Positions 30,007 through 32,000 of a stretch of 32,000 bases of DNA are shown in pieces; within the stretch, counting starts at the first letter, position 1, and the number at the start of each line of letters is the position of its first letter. Origin of the DNA: Candidatus Thalassarchaeaceae archaeon (GTDB lineage Archaea > Thermoplasmatota > Poseidoniia > Poseidoniales > Thalassarchaeaceae). The position numbers and the translations under genes are program-made. The stretch is taken from NCBI GenBank assembly GCA_045568075.1, contig JBJLBP010000001.1:1140001-1172000 (forward strand), written 5' to 3'. The notes beneath the pieces were generated by a model. It was not told where the DNA came from and did no database searches. It was given only the letters and a program-made list of their open reading frames with translations.

Positions 30007-32000
30007 GTGACGACTACACGTCCCGGTATCGAGAGGATATTCTCTTGGTCGGCTCTCGATGAAAAGTCGAGGGTTGCTATTCTCGTCACCATTTTTCTTG
30101 TCGTATCGATTGCTCCCGCTGTCGGTCAGAGTATCGAGACTGGATGGCAAGTCGTCGATTCAGGTACTGATGCTGATCTGAACGCGGCAGTGACTCATGG
30201 CGAGTCTGTTTGGGCCTTCGGAGATTCAGGAACGGTTCTACTTAGTGAGGATGGAGGGGTGTTGTGGGAGACTCAGACATCTCTAGGAGATTCCGACCTA
30301 ATTGCCGCAGATTCATTCGAAGATTCGATGGCAGTTCTTGCCTCTGATGGTTTGGTCTATCTTATGGTAGGGCTGAATGCCGATTGGCAGACTCTTGATT
30401 CTAGTCGTACGGACATGAGAAGTCTGGCAGTGACTGGGAGCGAATCGCTGGTGCTAGTTGGAGATTCAGGCGTCATTCTCGAATATTCAACTGGAACCTG
30501 GACTGAGCGCACCAGTGTTTTCGACAAAGATCTGAATGATGTTTCTTTCCGTGACGATTTGAATGGATTTGCCGTCGGAGATGAGGGGATGATTCTCGCA
30601 ACAACCGATGGCGGTTTGTCATGGGATTACCGTGAAACCCCATCCGGAGCAGAGGGTTCTGCCCTAGTCTCCGTTGAATACTTCAATCCATACCGAATGT
30701 TTGCTGTCAGTGATTCGGGACAGATTCTCTATTCCACTTCTGTCGGTGGTTACGAGTGGAATCTAAGGGAAATTGAATCAGAGGAATACAATACGTCTCT
30801 GGGAGTATCACTTAGCTCTCTAAATGTGGTCTCATCATCGAAGATTCTCTTCACAGGAGAAGATGGATTCCTCGGTTTGAGTCTTGATCAAGGACTCAAT
30901 GTTGAGGATAACATTCTGCCGGAAGGCGTGAGCACTTCATTCAATGATCACGCCATGTTCGATTACCTAGTCGGAATCGTTGTTGGAGATGGGGGTGTGA
31001 TTCTCTATACCGAATCCGCTGGTGAGAACGACAACGTGGGATTCGAGATTCCGGATTACAATAACTTCGGCGAATTCGTTGAATACGCCGATGATATGCT
31101 ACTGGGTGGGTTCATCGCCACTGTGAAGGTAGTCATCTTCGGAATTCTGTTCGGTTTCTTCATAGGAGTTATTCTGGCGATGATGAAGACCGCTCCAACC
31201 TCTTTCAAGAATCTCTTCGAAGGCGTTCAATTACCCATTGTCAAAGGCATAGGAGGAGTTCTCTCTGTTACTTCGGTGGTGCTCATTTACACGGGAGGCA
31301 GTAGATTCGGAGACCTCGGTCTTGAGGGATTGGAGTACATCTTCACACCAGTCGGTGACCCAGAAGGTTTCGCAATGTTTGCACTCGGAATTGGTTTGTT
31401 GGCCTTGGGAATTCAATTCAGTCTTGCTGATTTGAAACTCTCTGGACCTCTATTCAAGGTGCGCCCACTAAACACTCTCGCGACGATCTACACCGATTTC
31501 TTCAGGAATACTCCTTTGATTGTCCAATTCTTCTTCATCCACTTTGGCTTGAGTTTGGGGATGAGGTTGCAGCAAATCTTCGAGGGCTCATTCGGAGATG
31601 CTGGTGTTGACGGCCTCGACTACTTCTTCTATGGAGATCGAACTTTCTTGAGTGCAATTTTCACACTCGGACTCAACTCTGGCGCATACCAGTGTGAGAC
31701 AATCCGAGGGGCAATTGCAGCCATTCCAAGCGGCCAGATGGAAGCTGGAAGAAGTATAGGATTGACATATCTTGGAACAATGCAATTGGTGATTATGCCA
31801 CAGGCAATTCGAATCTGTATTCCACCTATTGGGAATGAAATGGTCAATCTAGTGTTGAATTCGTCTCTAGCGATGGTCATCGGATATTCTGAACTCTCCC
31901 GACAAGGTAGGCTGATGGTAGCGACCACCTTCCAGATTTTCTCAGCATGGGGCTTGGTGATGATATCCTACTTTGTCGTGACTTGGACTCTAGCGATGCT
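30007..32000 (+). CDS. Fusion protein: signal peptide + Ycf48/BNR-like beta-propeller domain + polar amino-acid ABC transporter permease (HisM/GlnP family); 3' end beyond the window
   Basis: Not in the ORF track because there is no stop in the window. The frame is open from 30004 to 32000. The N-terminus is ...KSRVAILVTIFLVVSIAPAVGQS. Propeller blades include VWAFGDSGTVLLSEDGGVLWETQ, LVLVGDSGVILEYSTGTWTE, DLNDVSFRDDLNGFAVGDEGMILATTDGGLSWDY and MFAVSDSGQILYSTSVGGYEWN. The permease part has GGFIATVKVVIFGILFGFFIGVILAMMK, IYTDFFRNTPLIVQFFF, and the EAA loop LNSGAYQCETIRGAIAAIPSGQMEAGRSIGLTYLGTMQLVIMPQAIRICIPPIGNE. Confidence 0.85.
   Translation, partial: MTTTRPGIERIFSWSALDEKSRVAILVTIFLVVSIAPAVGQSIETGWQVVDSGTDADLNAAVTHGESVWAFGDSGTVLLSEDGGVLWETQTSLGDSDLIAADSFEDSMAVLASDGLVYLMVGLNADWQTLDSSRTDMRSLAVTGSESLVLVGDSGVILEYSTGTWTERTSVFDKDLNDVSFRDDLNGFAVGDEGMILATTDGGLSWDYRETPSGAEGSALVSVEYFNPYRMFAVSDSGQILYSTSVGGYEWNLREIESEEYNTSLGVSLSSLNVVSSSKILFTGEDGFLGLSLDQGLNVEDNILPEGVSTSFNDHAMFDYLVGIVVGDGGVILYTESAGENDNVGFEIPDYNNFGEFVEYADDMLLGGFIATVKVVIFGILFGFFIGVILAMMKTAPTSFKNLFEGVQLPIVKGIGGVLSVTSVVLIYTGGSRFGDLGLEGLEYIFTPVGDPEGFAMFALGIGLLALGIQFSLADLKLSGPLFKVRPLNTLATIYTDFFRNTPLIVQFFFIHFGLSLGMRLQQIFEGSFGDAGVDGLDYFFYGDRTFLSAIFTLGLNSGAYQCETIRGAIAAIPSGQMEAGRSIGLTYLGTMQLVIMPQAIRICIPPIGNEMVNLVLNSSLAMVIGYSELSRQGRLMVATTFQIFSAWGLVMISYFVVTWTLAM

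Noticed and set aside
29883-30150. Minus-strand ORFs 29883..30092 and 29905..30150
   Set aside because: They cover the purC/permease divergent promoter and run antisense to the signal-peptide region of the permease fusion. They have no supporting features.
31231-31928. Minus-strand ORFs 31231..31416, 31588..31785 and 31629..31928
   Set aside because: They are antisense to the conserved ABC permease core, whose plus-strand frame is open to the window end.
1-32000. Scan for CRISPR repeats, IS elements or inverted terminal repeats, integrases, toxin-antitoxin pairs, reverse transcriptases and rRNA
   Set aside because: I found no regularly spaced direct repeats, no transposase, integrase or RT motifs in any frame I read, and no rRNA-like sequence. 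The only repeats are coding microsatellites and short promoter palindromes.

Overview
This is a tightly packed archaeal chromosomal window. Housekeeping markers are an archaeal-type AlaRS, RtcB, archaeal DtdA, the rpoE'(rpo7)-spt4-rps24e-rps27ae operon and two tRNAs. I count 22 confident or probable protein genes plus one weak small ORF. I found no rRNA, CRISPR array, transposase or integrase. About 39% of the window (12.4 kb) encodes two giant type-I surface proteins, 2263 aa on the minus strand and 1883 aa on the plus strand. The gene content (giant sequon-rich adhesin-like proteins, a membrane subtilase, an amino-acid ABC permease, proline dehydrogenase, very acidic proteins) would fit a marine heterotrophic euryarchaeon such as MGII/Poseidoniales, but that placement is inference only. 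Three genes are missing from the supplied ORF track and were found by reading the sequence. They are alaS (1..1665, runs off the left edge, frame broken at a C4 run), rps27ae (19418..19585, 55 aa) and a beta-propeller::ABC-permease fusion (30007..>32000, runs off the right edge). A fourth, weak 56-aa ORF lies at 4475..4645. The best candidates for something undescribed are five. (1) The Ycf48-like propeller fused to an amino-acid ABC permease. (2) The integrin-like giant protein with a Shine-Dalgarno-coupled cytosolic orphan directly downstream. (3) A cluster next to the other giant protein made of a 6-TM double-zinc-ribbon protein, a membrane-tethered prodomain-less subtilase and a methyltransferase-like protein. 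(4) A GC-rich structured leader upstream of the rpoE' operon. (5) A purC / class-IV aminotransferase / sulfotransferase-like operon. None is demonstrated. All functional calls rest on motif recognition by eye; no searches or folding programs were run.
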